Assembly (NCBI GenBank): GCA_964016885.1
Contig: OZ024743.1
Span: 240,684,001-240,748,000 of the forward strand
From: Eledone cirrhosa
Taxonomy: Eukaryota
Length of the DNA: 64,000 nt
Reading direction: 5' to 3'
The first letter of the stretch is position 1; each line of letters opens with the position of its first letter. The position numbers were made by a program, and so were the translations under genes. The notes beneath the pieces were generated by a model that worked only from the letters and a program-made list of their open reading frames with translations, did not search any database and was not told the origin of the DNA. Positions 13,550-27,906 of this stretch are shown here, piece after piece.

Positions 13550-14108
13550 AAATTACACTATAACACGTATTTCTTTTCCGAACAGGATTCGCCATTTTGA
13601 TTTTTTCGCTTGTTCACTTTCTCTTTCATCGATGTTAGGAAAACAACAATTACAATAACAACACAAATGAAAAGAAAAACGACGAGAAAACACAATGGAC
13701 GAAAGTGGATATACTAACTGATTGATTGCCTAATGTTACTGTTGAAATTAGAAGTTTTTGGATTAGCATACTTTATATTCTTTGTCTGAAGCATTTTCAT
13801 AAGAGCCCACACACAACATCATGCTACAAATACATTGCATACACACACAGTCACCACACATGTATCGCGCATACTTCCAGATATTGTACAAACACTGTGT
13901 ATACGAATACATAGCTTGATGCATGTGCAAATATACTTATCATATAGAACATAACATCCTGCACACAAATAAACATGGACACAGACACTCCCTACATATT
14001 ATATATCTATCTATATCTGTCTATATATATGTTAGTTAGACGTGTAACTACAGTTACAGGCGGTGCACCTGTACTTACTCTCTCTTTCTCTTTGACTATA
14101 TATATCTA

Positions 14109-14155
<47 letters not shown>

Positions 14156-14587
14156 ATGATTGTAAATTGATGTTTACAAATGAATAATGTTATATATATA
14201 TATACACTATCTCTCTCTCTTTCTCTCTCTCACTCTCTCTCTCTCTTTATATATATATATAAACTTCATTTAACGTCCATTGTCCCTCGAAAAAAAAAAT
14301 ATATCTATGTGTGTATGTGTGTGTGGAAGCATGTGGTTTAGGAATTAGGTTTTTTGACACACGATCATGAAGTCGTGGGTTCGAGTCCTGGCACCAGTTG
14401 TGTCCTTGAGCAAGCATGGCAATTATTTCGCAGTTTATTCAACTATAAAAATGTATCACGCTGAATCACCATAACAGGCTGTATAGTTTATCGAACAACT
14501 GGAACACTCATCGTGAGAAATGATGGAGTAGCACCCCCCCCACACACAGGCATACATTCATACAACAAAAACAACAACACTAACAAT

Positions 14588-14985
14588 GGTTTCTTATTTA
14601 GGCACAAGGCCAGCAATTTTTTGAGGAAGGGGAAAGTCGATGAAATCAACTCCAGTGTATGACTGGTACTTTATTTTATCGACACCCATAAGGAAGAAAT
14701 GCAAATCTAACCTCGGCGAGATTTGAAATCAGAATGTAAAGGGCCGTACCTCTTTGCCACGAAGCATGATGTCCGACGCTCTACCAATACTGCTAATACA
14801 CTAATAATGGTTTCTTATATAGGCACAAGGCCAGCAATTTTTGGGGAGAGGAAAATCGATTAAATCGACCCCAGTGCGTGACTGGTACTTTATTTTATCG
14901 ACCCCGTTAGGATGAAAGGCAAAGTTAACTTCCGCGGGATTTGAACTCAGACCGTAAAGGGCCGTAACTCTACACTGCCAATCCT
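14588..14985 (-). mobile_element. Two tandem SINE family 1 copies
   Basis: Two reverse-complement copies of the tail, core and B-box (~14588-14800 and ~14805-14985). Confidence 0.8.
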
Positions 14986-15244
14986 CTGCGATTTTTGTGC
15001 ATCTGTCTGCATGGCTTCGGTTGAGGTTTGTAATTATGTATTAAAGTAAATATACCAAAACTTCAATTTCGATCCTTCCCTGATGACGAATGAAATGTTA
15101 CCTTGTAATTGTAAGCGATTCTCTGCACTCATAGAATAGAGGCGATGGAATGTGACCAATGACTTATGAATGAAATTTTGTAGACACGCACACACATATA
15201 TATATATATACACACGCGCGCACACACACAGAGACATATATGTA

Positions 15245-15833
15245 TACTGTTGTATACGTTTTGTGGAAATATCCAAGGGTACGAGCACTCAGTCCATAGG
15301 ACGAGTTAAGTATAGTTCGTTAAAACAGTGACATATACAGGTACTTAAGTTTCGTTGGGTTATACACCCTAACTCAATCAGCCTGTTATATAAGATAAAA
15401 ATGGCTGCCTCCACAGGTTGATTTGAGGTTTTTAGAAAATACACAAGAGTTCTTCAAGGGCAGCTAATTTCGAATTTAGCTATACGTTTTTTAGACAATA
15501 AAGAGATGTAACTATCAAAAGAGACTACAAAGTGGTGGGGGCTCGTGCAAAATTAGTAATTAAAAGAAATTAAATTCCTTGAAATTAAAATAGTTATTCT
15601 GGTCTATAAAATTTTTTCAGAATGAATATTGCTTCGCGCAGACTGTGACTAAAGCAGTCGAAGTGGGTATTTAAACAGTGTTTCTTTGAAGCCTGTTGAG
15701 AGAGTATATTTCACTTTTACGAGTTACAATGCCAGCAAAATTTCGTCCCATTAACATATAGGGTGAACTTTTCTAATATACACCATTTAATGGAAAATGG
15801 TGTGACTGTATATGTCATTCTTGTAACTAATTA
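15245..15833 (-). mobile_element. Non-coding pLTR-like element, family E
   Basis: Hammerhead at 15337-15386. Tail shared with 52385-52450. Inverted piece at 15802-15833. Both ends abut TA-rich microsatellite. Confidence 0.65.
15337..15386 (-). ncRNA. Type I hammerhead variant with 8-nt core CUGAUUGA (family E)
   Basis: ACAGG-CUGAUUGA-GUUAGGGU guau AACCCAAC-GAAA-CUUAAG-UA-CCUGU. Stems I and II pair, stem III is a palindrome, cleavage triplet is GUA. Confidence 0.8.
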
Positions 15834-16080
15834 TATATATATATATATTTATTAAAATAACAGATTAAAGTTTAAGCAAAGAATCGCTGCTTTCACCCTT
15901 AACGGGATCTTCTGAAACTAATAAAATCAATCTGTGAACGCAGAAGTAAATATTTCGAAAAACGTTGCAACCGAAGGAAGACAGGAAGACGTTACTTTTG
16001 CTTTTCGGTTCTTATATATTTGATATATATTTATCCTTATCGAGCCCTCTTTGGATTTTAGTCTTCAAATTTATTATTAT

Positions 16081-16141
<61 letters not shown>

Positions 16142-16144
<3 letters not shown>

Positions 16145-16318
16145 CGAAGGAAATGTGGTAAGGAACCAGATGGACCATAACGCACCAAAGTACTCAATAC
16201 TTAGGGTAGTAGAGTGGATAATAGGAACAAGTATGACTCCGACGGCAGAGCTGAAGCCGTTTCATCCAGAATTAGCCGTCGAAACGGCTTGGGCTCTGCC
16301 GTCGAGGTCATACTTGTT

Positions 16319-16322
<4 letters not shown>
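16142..16322. mobile_element. Family A element with terminal fold-back
   Basis: Family A tail on the minus strand plus a ~43-bp inverted repeat (16221-16263 / 16281-16323). Flanked by (TA)n. Confidence 0.8.
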
Positions 16323-16376
<54 letters not shown>

Positions 16377-16435
16377 TAAATTAGCGAGAATCGTATTTCG
16401 GCTTTGAAAATTAGCGAAAAACTATATATAAATAT

Positions 16436-16801
16436 TTAGGGTGGGTAAAATTCCCGAGATCCATGGGCGAGTTCTCTCCAGCGATCTCTGTCCCTCATCA
16501 TCGCTGCCATGTCCTGCGTCTCCAAGAGACCGGTGTCTGTCCTTAGGGCACCAACATATGTCAACCTCGGTTTCCCTATTCTAGTATGTCCATGCAGGGG
16601 CTCCCACAGGACCACTGAGTTTAGGGTCAACTCTGGATGTCGGTGAGCATGTCCAGCTAACCCTAGTCTCCTCTGTGCTACTCTCGAGCTGACTTTTTGG
16701 AGGCTCCCGTACAGCTCTGAGTTCTTCATCCTCAGTGTATACTGATTAATGTTCAGAGCCATCCTCAGCATTCTCATGTAGCACCCATCCACCATCTGAG
16801 T
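16436..16801 (-). mobile_element. RTE-clade LINE 3' fragment
   Basis: DGCYMRMLRMALNI...RRLGLAGHAHRH...VLWEPLHG motif; same family as 50347-51314; lies in (TA)n. Confidence 0.9.
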
Positions 16802-16811
16802 TATATATATA

Positions 16812-16862
<51 letters not shown>

Positions 16863-17127
16863 TTAATATAGATGAGATTCTACAGGACTAGAACTGTTTC
16901 ATTCTTTAGAAATGTATGTGTACTTGGATGTGTTGGCCTTTCGACAAACAACAAGAGCAGGTATAAATACATTTGTTTACAACTCCAACTAATACTAAAA
17001 GACATTGAGGATTATCTTGCAAGCCACCTATTGAACTAAATATTGTGCTTCTGGCATTCCTAAAATTCAGCTGTTTTCATAGATTTCTGGATTCGAAGTT
17101 TGGATGTATAGAAACCATATAGTATTG

Positions 17128-17168
<41 letters not shown>

Positions 17169-17332
17169 CACTTACTCATAGGCACTCAGAACCACATACA
17201 TATACACACTCATGCACTTACTCATAGGCACTCAGAACCACATACATATACACACACTCATGCACAAACACACACATACACACATACATACACACACAAT
17301 CTTTCTTTCTATCTCTTCCACACACACACACA

Positions 17333-17370
<38 letters not shown>

Positions 17371-17755
17371 TATAAGCACAACGTACACGCACAGGTACAT
17401 AAACACAGTCACCAAACCACATATTCCTTGACATACATCTGCACAGATATCCACACATGTTCTGTCAACCGAGTAATGTAGTTTTCCTCTGAGCTTTTGT
17501 TTCTTATATATTGAGTTGTTTTGGTCTAATGTCGGCATTGGGATAATTCTTTAATCTCATGTGCGGCACCACGTCGTTAGTTCGTTTCATTTCTTCCTTT
17601 GTCATTGAAAAACTCAGACGAAAAATATCACAGAAATAAAGAGATAACGTGTTATTGGACCGAATCAAATCGGAAGGAAAACGATGGAGCGAAAAAAGAC
17701 CCTGAACAATACACCCCTCTCTTAAAAAACAGAATATTAATAGATAGTAGAAACG

Positions 17756-18630
<875 letters not shown>

Positions 18631-20604
18631 ACAACAGAAATAGCAATATTAATGATATTATTTGTCTAAGAAGTAGCCACCACCGCCGCACCCCAAACAA
18701 AAAATAAGCAAAAACATCAACAACAACACCAACAACAACATCAAAGCCCCTCCACCAAATCAAGTAAAAAAAACAACTTAATACAGGAATAAAAGAATAA
18801 GGAAAGAATAAACAAAGAATATATTCTCTGTTCAAAGCCAAACAAAATGTATGTCTGATATATTCGCCATATTTATTCTCCGTTGATCTTCCTTGTGTTT
18901 TAAAAATATTTTTGTCTTTAATTCATTTTATATTCATATCTTTAACGTCTTTACTACTTTTTTATTTCCTATTTTTTTTATGTTTTTATTGTATTTTGTT
19001 GTTTATGTATTTAATATATTTTTTATTTATTATAATTCTTTCTGTTGCGTTGTTGGTGGGTGTTGGGATATAAGTTAGAAATAAATTAAGTTTGGGTGAA
19101 ACAGTTAAGTTATTTCTATAGCTGTAATAATTGCATTCAGGGTTTCGATATTCAGTCGATACTACCTCATTTCATTTCAACTTTTCAATGTTTATGTTGT
19201 TCTTGGATTCTCGCTGTTGTTGTTGGACCTCCATCGGTTCCGATGACGGGCTTTCCTGTCGTTTGATAAAGGGAACAGCTTGCTCATAAAATTATTGTGT
19301 CAGGGGTTGAGGATTGGTGTAGTTCTGTGGAGGATTCAGCGTGGTAAATTTTGTGACAAGGCTTTCTCCTTCAATTGCATATACAACACATTTTTGCAAG
19401 CTGGGTGGACTGGAGCAACGTGAAATAAAATGTTTTGCTCAAGAATGCAACGCGTTGCCGGGAATCAAGCTCATGACTTTAAGATCATAAACCAAATACG
19501 CGAAACACCCGGCCACGTGCCTTCAATTCTTGTACGAATGTATAAACCCGTAACTTCTGGTAGAGTCGTAGGGGCGCACAAGTGACACACTGCGTTTCTT
19601 GTGCATATTGTTTAAACCTGGTGGAGCCCATCTCCCCTCCAGATCTGAATACCGACAATTTCTTTGAGAGTAAGGAAAGAGAGTGATAGAAGAGAAGTAA
19701 GAAAAATATATAGAGAGAGAATTGACCCCAGTATTGGACTGGTACTTTTTTTATCGACTTCGGAAAGATGAAAGGCAAAGTTGACCTCAGAGCGCAGAAA
19801 ACCGGAACGGAAACTGCAACGCTTTTTATCCGACGTTTTAATTACTCTGCCAGTTTTCCGCCTTAATTATTTGGATAAGATATTCAAAGGGTGTTTCTTG
19901 TTACATTACTTCGGAGTTCTTTACAAAACAGGATCTTGTCATTTATAGTGAATTTTAGGAGTGGGATAGACTTGCATTCATGAGCAACTGCTAGTCATCC
20001 ACATCCACATACAGAGAACTTTCTTAGTGCAGATGCATAGTCCCATACGTCACACGTAAACCTCCCAGAGAAACAGTATCAGAAGCAGCAACAACAGCAT
20101 TAATTATGTTTGCACTAAGTTAACTATCGTCATTCATGCAGAGAGCAATTTTTATGATATAACGTCTAAATAAATACCTTTCAAGTGCTTGGATTGGAAT
20201 AATCCACTTTACATAATGTAACTGGATGCCCCAGTATGGTCACTGGCTAATGGTTGTAATCGGGAAAGGAATATGCCAAAATATTGTATTGGGATATTCC
20301 ATGTAAATTTGATTGCAGACTCCAACGAAGACTGCAAGGTTTGTCGTAAGATGAGATACAGAAAGAAATCTACGAAATATATTGATTTCGAGTAATATAA
20401 AGGATTGAATAGAATTTTAATATTATGAAAAGAGAAAATGAGATCAAATATTGATTTTTTTTGTAATGGTACAAAACGAACAATTTATTGGTGGGAGGGG
20501 GAAGCATCTTTTATTGATTCCACTTTAGTATACCCTAAATCACCCAGATTGGTGAAAAGCCTTTCTAAGATATATATAATAATAATAACAATAATGATAA
20601 TAAT

Positions 20605-20970
20605 TGTGGCTTCTAATTTAAGCAAAAGGCCGGCAGTTTGAGGGGTGAGGTTAATCGATTAAATTGATCTCTATACTTGACTGGTAATATATTTCATCAA
20701 CCCCGAAAGGATGAAAGGCAAAGTTGACCTCGGTGAGATTTGAACTCAGAACGTAAACAACTGAAGCAAATACAAGCTATTTATGGTCGATGCTCTAGAA
20801 ATTCTGTTAATAAACCGCTCTTATAATAATAATGATTCATACTTTATGCACAAGGCCAGTAATTTGTGGTGTAGGAAACGCCGATTATATCGACTCACTC
20901 CAGTTTTTTATTTGTATTTTTATCGACCCCTGAAGTATGAAAAGCAGAGTTAATTTCGGCGGGATTTTCT
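20605..20970 (-). mobile_element. Two diverged SINE family 1 copies
   Basis: gatgaaaggcaaagttgacctcgg..gatttgaactcaga signature. Further diverged minus-strand copies near 19720-19860, 22080-22180, 26235-26610, 30985-31110. Confidence 0.7.
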
Positions 20971-22454
20971 TTTGCTTTTCGTTTTTCTCAAGTCAATAAA
21001 ATGAAATACCAGTCGAATACTGAGGTCAATGTAATTGAACACTACTCCGTTATCGGATTAACATCCAAAAGCAGCTGCTGGTACTCATTTTTTGAGTTAA
21101 GGTGGTAGGAACAACGTGATTTCTCTAACCGGGAATTGGACTCATGAGCTTACGATTGTGACTCCTACAACTTAACCACTAGGTCATACACCTTCACTTA
21201 AACTCTCAATAAAACGGGGATCTGGAACGATAGAATCCCGGGTCTGCAATGTGCGTTCGATATTTCGATGTGCACTGAGTCTTGCCATTTGCATCAGTTC
21301 TCAGATGAATAGTTGGTACTTCATCGACGGTCGAACTGAGTGATTTTCCGTCCAATCGACTATAACAATTAAAACATGAGGTGTTGTGCCTATGTTATTG
21401 GGGGCGTATCTGTGCAGAGAAAAATAATAATTCATAAATTTTACAAATTCATAGGAATGCAACTTATATTTAATTCCTGTTTTCGTTTTGAGTATTAAAC
21501 CGTTTCTTTTTTTTTCATATGTATGGTTTGAATTCTGATGATGGTGGACATTTTGCCCGTGAGTGGGAGTCTCTTTTCATCTCACGAAGAAGCTCGTATA
21601 TAAGGAATGTGTTTATGACAGCAAGTCATTCACAGGCTCTCTTTCTTCAGAAATACAATTGTCTACAATATCTTTTCACTAGAATCTTATTGTTCTGCTT
21701 TCAAAAAGCTTTGTAAAGCTGTTCTCCGCAAAAAAATAGTTTGTTTAACGAATAACCAGTTTCTAGTTTTGGTTTATTTGTTTGTGCTATCAATGGAAAT
21801 CCTGATTTTACTGTGAATATTATACTTTTCAATTCAAAAAAGTAAATTTGTAAAACTAGAAGTTGCTTTCGAGATGTGTAAAGATTTTCTGATGGGCTTG
21901 CTTCGGTTGCTGCAATGGTAACGTCCTTTGAATTTATCGGCCAACAATTACAGGTTATGCAGCGTGTCTTAGGCATTTTGAAATTGGTAGAGCCTATCCC
22001 CAGGTCTGAACACAGTTGGTTTCGTCCAGAGAAGGAAAATGAGAGATAGAGAGGAATCGAGAAAGAAATGTAAAGGAAGAATCGACACCAGCTTTGGACT
22101 GGTACTTATTTAATCGACCTCGAAATGATAAAAGGCATTGTTGACCTCGGTGGAATTGAAACTCTGAATACAAAGACCCAAAAGAAATAGCCAAGGCTCT
22201 AAAAACATTTCCAAATCGACGGCTTAGTTGAGACTGATAATATAAGGCTATATACTTGTGTATAATCCTAGGTGAATTAGTTCATAGCAACATTACGGCT
22301 TATTTGACAGTGATAATATAAAGCTATATACTCACGTGTAGTCATAATTGGATTTGATTTTTTTAAATTTATATATCATGTTATATTCTGTGATGGGTTT
22401 ATTAACAATAGTTTATAACTTTTCCTATTAATCCGTATGGTGAGTAAATGGGGT

Positions 22455-22765
22455 CCCACGTGCTGGCTTCCTCACAGCCCCGGCGGACAGGATGGAGAAG
22501 GCGTTTCCCTGGAGGATGGTAAGGGAGATGCGCTGGAAGAGCCATTTCAACTCGCGAGGCTCACACCTGCGGCTGGCTAGCTCAGCGCCTATGGTGGTGA
22601 ATAGGGAGGTAGCCCTAGGGCCAAGGACACCAGAGTCTCCACTGCCAAGGGCACGACCGCGAACCTGTCGGAGAGCGACCGGTACTTGGAGAGTTTGGCC
22701 TCCTCAGCCCGACGTGCAGCAGTACCTGGGTTAGTCGCAGACTGCACCAGGTTGCGGCTGCGAAA
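22455..22765 (-). mobile_element. CRE-clade non-LTR retrotransposon 3' fragment (restriction-like endonuclease)
   Basis: GC-rich island. Translation across one frameshift gives GTAARRAEEAKLSKYRSLSDRFAVVPLAVET/SGVLGPRA...PRELKWLFQRISLTILQGNA, matching the CRE C-terminal K..KY...P.AVET.G...QRLS...QRGNA motif. Confidence 0.8.
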
Positions 22766-22936
22766 TTGTAATATTTTCGTTTCTTAACAACTGCTTCAGT
22801 GACATCATTTAGCAAACGCGCAAACGTGCAGTCCATATACGATCAAAGACGTTAAAACCACGGCATCTCACTAAAGAGAGTATTCAGAAGCGAGGATATT
22901 TCATAAGAACTACATTGCTTCCCCGATTAAATCACT

Positions 22937-22997
<61 letters not shown>

Positions 22998-23618
22998 ACA
23001 ACAACAACAACAATAAAATAACAGTATCATCAACAACAACAATAACAATATCAACAACATCAATAACTACAACATCAGCAATAAAACAAACGAAACAGTA
23101 AAACATCAAGCATAGACTGCACTAATATCACCAGACTAGGAGGGCCTGACTTGCCTATAAAATGTTACCGTTTTAATGTCTATACAATCCCTCCTGTCTA
23201 TATATAATTTTATCTTTCTTTCCAGAGTTACAGTTCCTATCGCCCACCCTCATCCGATTGATGCCAACCCAGAGTTGTGCAGAAATAGAAACGTCCTATT
23301 TAACACTAAATTTGATATTCATACGTCTAATTTGGTAGAAATAAAAATGAATCAATTATTGATTTAGCTTTTAATTGAGAGATGATAATGAAGTGGGTGT
23401 CTGTTTTGGCTGGCTACATACACCAACATCATTGTTACATAACAGAATGTTCTATTAGAATATATATATATGCGTGTGTGTGTGTGTGTGTGTCTGTGTG
23501 TGTGCGTGTGTGTGTGTGTGCGTGTGTGTGTGTGCGTGTGTGTGTGTGCGTGTGTGTGTATGTGCGTGCCTGCGCGCATGTGTGTGTGTGTGTATATATA
23601 TGTGTCTGTGTATATGAA

Positions 23619-23681
<63 letters not shown>

Positions 23682-23812
23682 CTGCGTGCGTGTGTGTGTG
23701 CGTATGTGCGTGTGTGTGTGTATGTAGATCTCGATTGAAATCGGGGTAACCACAGTTGAAAAAGGTACTAAATACATTAGCAGAGTGTAAACATCATTAT
23801 TTAATATAGAAA

Positions 23813-24650
23813 GGGCGGTGAATTGGCAGTATCGGTAGAGGGTCGGACACCATGCTTTGACGCATAGAGTTACGGCCCTTGTCATTCTGAGTTCAAATCC
23901 CGCCGAGGTTAACTTTGCCTTTCATCCTTACGGGGTCGATAAAATAAAGTACCAGTAATGCACTGGGTAACTGCTGGCTTTGTGCCAAAAGTAGAAACAA
24001 TTATTTAATATAGAAATGGCTTCTACAGAACTAGAACTGTTTCTTTCATCCCTGTTACCAATATCATTAGTTAAGTTAAAGTTAATGTTTATTTTATATT
24101 TTGTATAGTTTATAAATTTATTACTATTTTTTAGAGGGTGGTGGATTTGCAGTAATCGGTAGAGCGTCGGACACCATGTTTCGAGGCATAGAGTTACGTC
24201 CCTTTGTGTTTTGAGTTCAAATCCCGCCGAGGCTAGCTTTGCTTTTCATCCTTACGGGGACGATAAAGTAAAGTACGACTAATGCACTGGGGCCAACATT
24301 GCTGGCCTTGTGTCTATATAAGAAACCATTATTATTAAGGTGGATTGGCAGTATCGGTAGAGGGTCGGGCGCATACAGTTACGGCCCTTGCCAGTCTGAG
24401 TTCAAATCCCGCCGAGGTTAACTTTGCCTTTCATCCTTACGGGGTCGATAAAATAAAGTAACAGTAATGTACTGGGTAATTGCTGGCCTTGTGCCAAAAG
24501 TAGAAACAATTATTATTATTATTGCGTACGGCGGTAGATTGGCAATATCAGTAGAGTGCCGGACACCATGCTTCATGGCATAGAGTTACGACCCTTTACG
24601 TTCTGAGTTCAAATCCCGCCGAGATTCTGCCTAATGTAGAAACAATTTAT
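23813..24650 (+). mobile_element. Cluster of four SINE family 1 copies
   Basis: Copies at ~23813-23999, 24135-24330, 24338-24512, 24530-24648. The first has a 17-bp TSD attatttaatatagaaa (23796-23812 / 24000-24016). Confidence 0.9.
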
Positions 24651-25097
24651 CTTTTAGATTTATTCTCTAGCCTTTTATTTAATATTATTTTTAAATTTTT
24701 ACTTACATTTTATCTTTTTCATACATAATTCTCTAATATATGCATGTATGCGCGAGCCCGTACTTATGCGCTTATATACACATACATGCTTGCATGTATA
24801 CATGTATACATGTAAGCAAGCAGGTGCAGGTGCGGTGGAACTGGAGGGGGTAGGGGGTCCATACCTCTTCCCCCAATAATTATATTTTTCCCCAAACTAC
24901 CAAAACACACTTCTATTTGTATATGCGCCACAATTTATGTATATGTTATGTCGAGATAGATATAGAGATAGAGGGGGGAGTGTTTGGTGGTAATGAATAG
25001 ATTGAGAGGATTGTTAGAGATGTGTATTGATAGATATAGAGAGGGGGAGAATTTTGTAGTTATGGTTAGAGTGAGGGGTAATGAGAGAGAGAGAGAG

Positions 25098-25129
<32 letters not shown>

Positions 25130-25154
25130 AGTGTGTTGTGTAGATTTACGCCCT

Positions 25155-25381
25155 GTACGCCTTTCATCCTTATGAGGTCGATAAAATAAAGTACTAGTCA
25201 ATTTAAATTGCTGGCCTTGTGCCTAAATCAGAAATTATTTAGGGTGGTGGATTGGTAGTAACGGTGGAGCGTCGGACAATATGCTTTATGATATAGAGTT
25301 ACGAGTCCTTCCGATCTGAGTTCAAATCCTGTCGAGGTTAGCTTTGCCTTTCATCCTTACGAGGTCGATAAAATAAAGTAC
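25155..25381 (+). mobile_element. Two partial SINE family 1 copies
   Basis: A core/tail segment followed by a head/core segment. Confidence 0.8.
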
Positions 25382-25589
25382 ACACATACAAATTATAAAA
25401 ATAGATAAAAACACATAAACAAATTTAAAAACAAAATCCTCCGAAGCAATTTGTGAATACCGAATGACACTCTTCAAAAGGATATATGGAGACATACTTG
25501 TAAACGAACCCACATGTGGCCAGGAAGACTGACCAACTGTCCTTCCTCCAAAAACTAAGGTAGGTGTCCTTTTACCTAAGGTTGGTATC

Positions 25590-26010
25590 ATCGGCAACTA
25601 CGAGGTGTATGCATCTCCTGGCTGTCCCAAATCTGGAGGCGGAGCCGCTGTGTTATTTCGGAAAGGCTTGGATCTCATGATGCGGACCATCTTCCTAAAT
25701 CCAGAAAGTAAGTTTGTGGTGCTGGACGTGATCAGCATCGATGGCTATGCTTTAAAGCTAGTGGCTGTCTATGTCCCGACAGGGAAGGACGGTCTGATCT
25801 TCAGACGCTTTGTGATCTTTCTAGGGAACGTCCCGCTCTTTAATATTAGTAGGTGACTGGAGAGGTATCTTGGATGCATGCTGGGACTGTGTTGAACTAG
25901 CAGATAGGGGAGGAGAGTGTAAAAGCTTCGCTAATCTACTCAGACTCTTCAAACTGTCTGACAGGTACTGACTGGATTGCCTCAATGTGCCAATGTGGAC
26001 TTAGACAAAC
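25590..26010 (+). pseudogene. Tx1/L1-clade APE endonuclease fragment
   Basis: GGGAAVLFRK...KFVVLDV...LKLVAVYVPTG...LILVGDW...MWT resembles the LINE apurinic-type endonuclease motifs GVAIL, NVYAP and GDFN. Contains frameshifts and stops. Confidence 0.7.
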
Positions 26011-26694
26011 CGAAAGTATATGACTTTCCCTTAGACATGACGCCACTCCTTTGCAAGTTTAACCCCGACCTGGCACTGGAACTCAAAGTTTACAGCTGAA
26101 TGGACTGGAGCAACGTTAAATAAAGCGTCTTGCTCAAGGACACAATGCATCGCTGGGAATCGAACTCTTGATCTTATGATTGTGCACCGAAATTCCTAAC
26201 TACTAAACACGCACTTTCACATAACAATAATATTGATTTCTAATTTAACCACAATTCCAGCAGATTTGGGAGAAAAGTAAAGTTGATTAAAATAACCTCA
26301 TTACATAACTGGTACTTTATTTTATCGAATCTGGAAGGATGAAGGGTAAAATTGACTTCGGCAGTATTTGAGCTCAGAAAAAATACCATAGGGGCATTTC
26401 ATCCCACGCTCTAGCAATTCTGCCAGTGCACCACCCTCATAAAGCAATAATAATTTCTATTTTGGGCGCAAGCCCAGCAGATTAGAGAAGGTGAAAGTAC
26501 TTCATTGGTCCTTTATACTATCGACACCAGGAGGCTGAAAAGCAAAGTTGATGTCGATTGGATTTGAACTCAGAATGTTCTAACGACTCTGCTAACCCAC
26601 TGCCATTGCCCTCACATAGTAATAATAATATAACTAGCTGGAAAAAACAAGAAAAGAATAGGACATGTAATAGTGTAGTTGTATTATTTTTAGA

Positions 26695-26868
26695 GGTCGG
26701 TGAATTGGCAGTATCGGTAGAGGGTTGGACGCCATTCTTTCTAGCATAGTTACGTCCCTTTACAGTCTGAGTTCAAATCCCGCCGAGGTTAACTTTGCCT
26801 TTCATCCTTACGGGGTCGATAAAATAATGTACTGGTAATTGCTGGTCTTGTGCCTAAAGTAGAAACAA
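26695..26868 (+). mobile_element. SINE family 1 with TSD
   Basis: Full head, core and tail; TSD attatttttagagg (26683-26696 / 26868-26881). Confidence 0.9.
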
Positions 26869-27407
26869 TTATTTTTAGAGGGAAATGATGTGTATACTAT
26901 ATTTAGTTTTAGGCCTGTCAACCATGTTGGAATGATTTTGGTGCTTTACTCAGCGTGCGAATACATATTCACGCATACATACACTCATGTACACGTACAA
27001 AGACACATACAAACGCATTCACACATACAAGCACATACACATACATGCACGTATACACAGACATGCACATAGACACGTATTCATGTATGCATGCATATGC
27101 ACATGCAACCTGCTACTCCAGCGTCTCGTTCTTTCTTTTTTTCCTTCTTTCTGTCTATCTGTCTTTCCTTCTTTCTCTTTTTCTTTTTCTCTTTCTTTCT
27201 TTCTTCCTTTCTTTCTTTCTTTTTTTCTTTTTATCTTTTCTCTGTATATTTTCTCTCTTACAGCCGTTCCTCCTCTCTTTCCCCTCCCTGATATCTCGCA
27301 ACACTGTCGCTCTCCTCTCTTTCTGTAATCACGTTTTTTTTCTTTTATTAAAATGTCTTCATTTTTTCGTCGCCATCGCTTTTTCTATTACTCGATCTCA
27401 TTTTTCT

Positions 27408-27468
<61 letters not shown>

Positions 27469-27782
27469 CGAATCAATCAATCATGTCATACATTTTGTAG
27501 TAAATCACATCTCTAATATCAAGGGTTCCCGAAACTATTGAATATTCAAGGGCATCTTTTTTATTTAACAACAACAAACACTGGATATAAAAACAAACTT
27601 AAGTGGTGACATATGGCTAGTACAGAAGTTAGTGAACTATTCGGACCATTTCTACTGAATAGAGCAGAATAAATAGGTAATAATAACAGCGTATGTCTGT
27701 GTAGATACGACGATACAAAAATCTTTAGGAGATAGAATAAGCGCATATATGACACACTTAAGAAATATACCACACACGCACG

Positions 27783-27906
<124 letters not shown>

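Noticed and set aside
13560-13600. Start codon in strong context (tcaaaATGGCG, minus; MANPVRKRN)
   Set aside because: No convincing donor site or recognisable protein; the frame runs into microsatellite.
21500-21990. Possible hAT transposase C-terminal remnant (FPLIA...CGEQL)
   Set aside because: Similarity too weak to support without a profile search.
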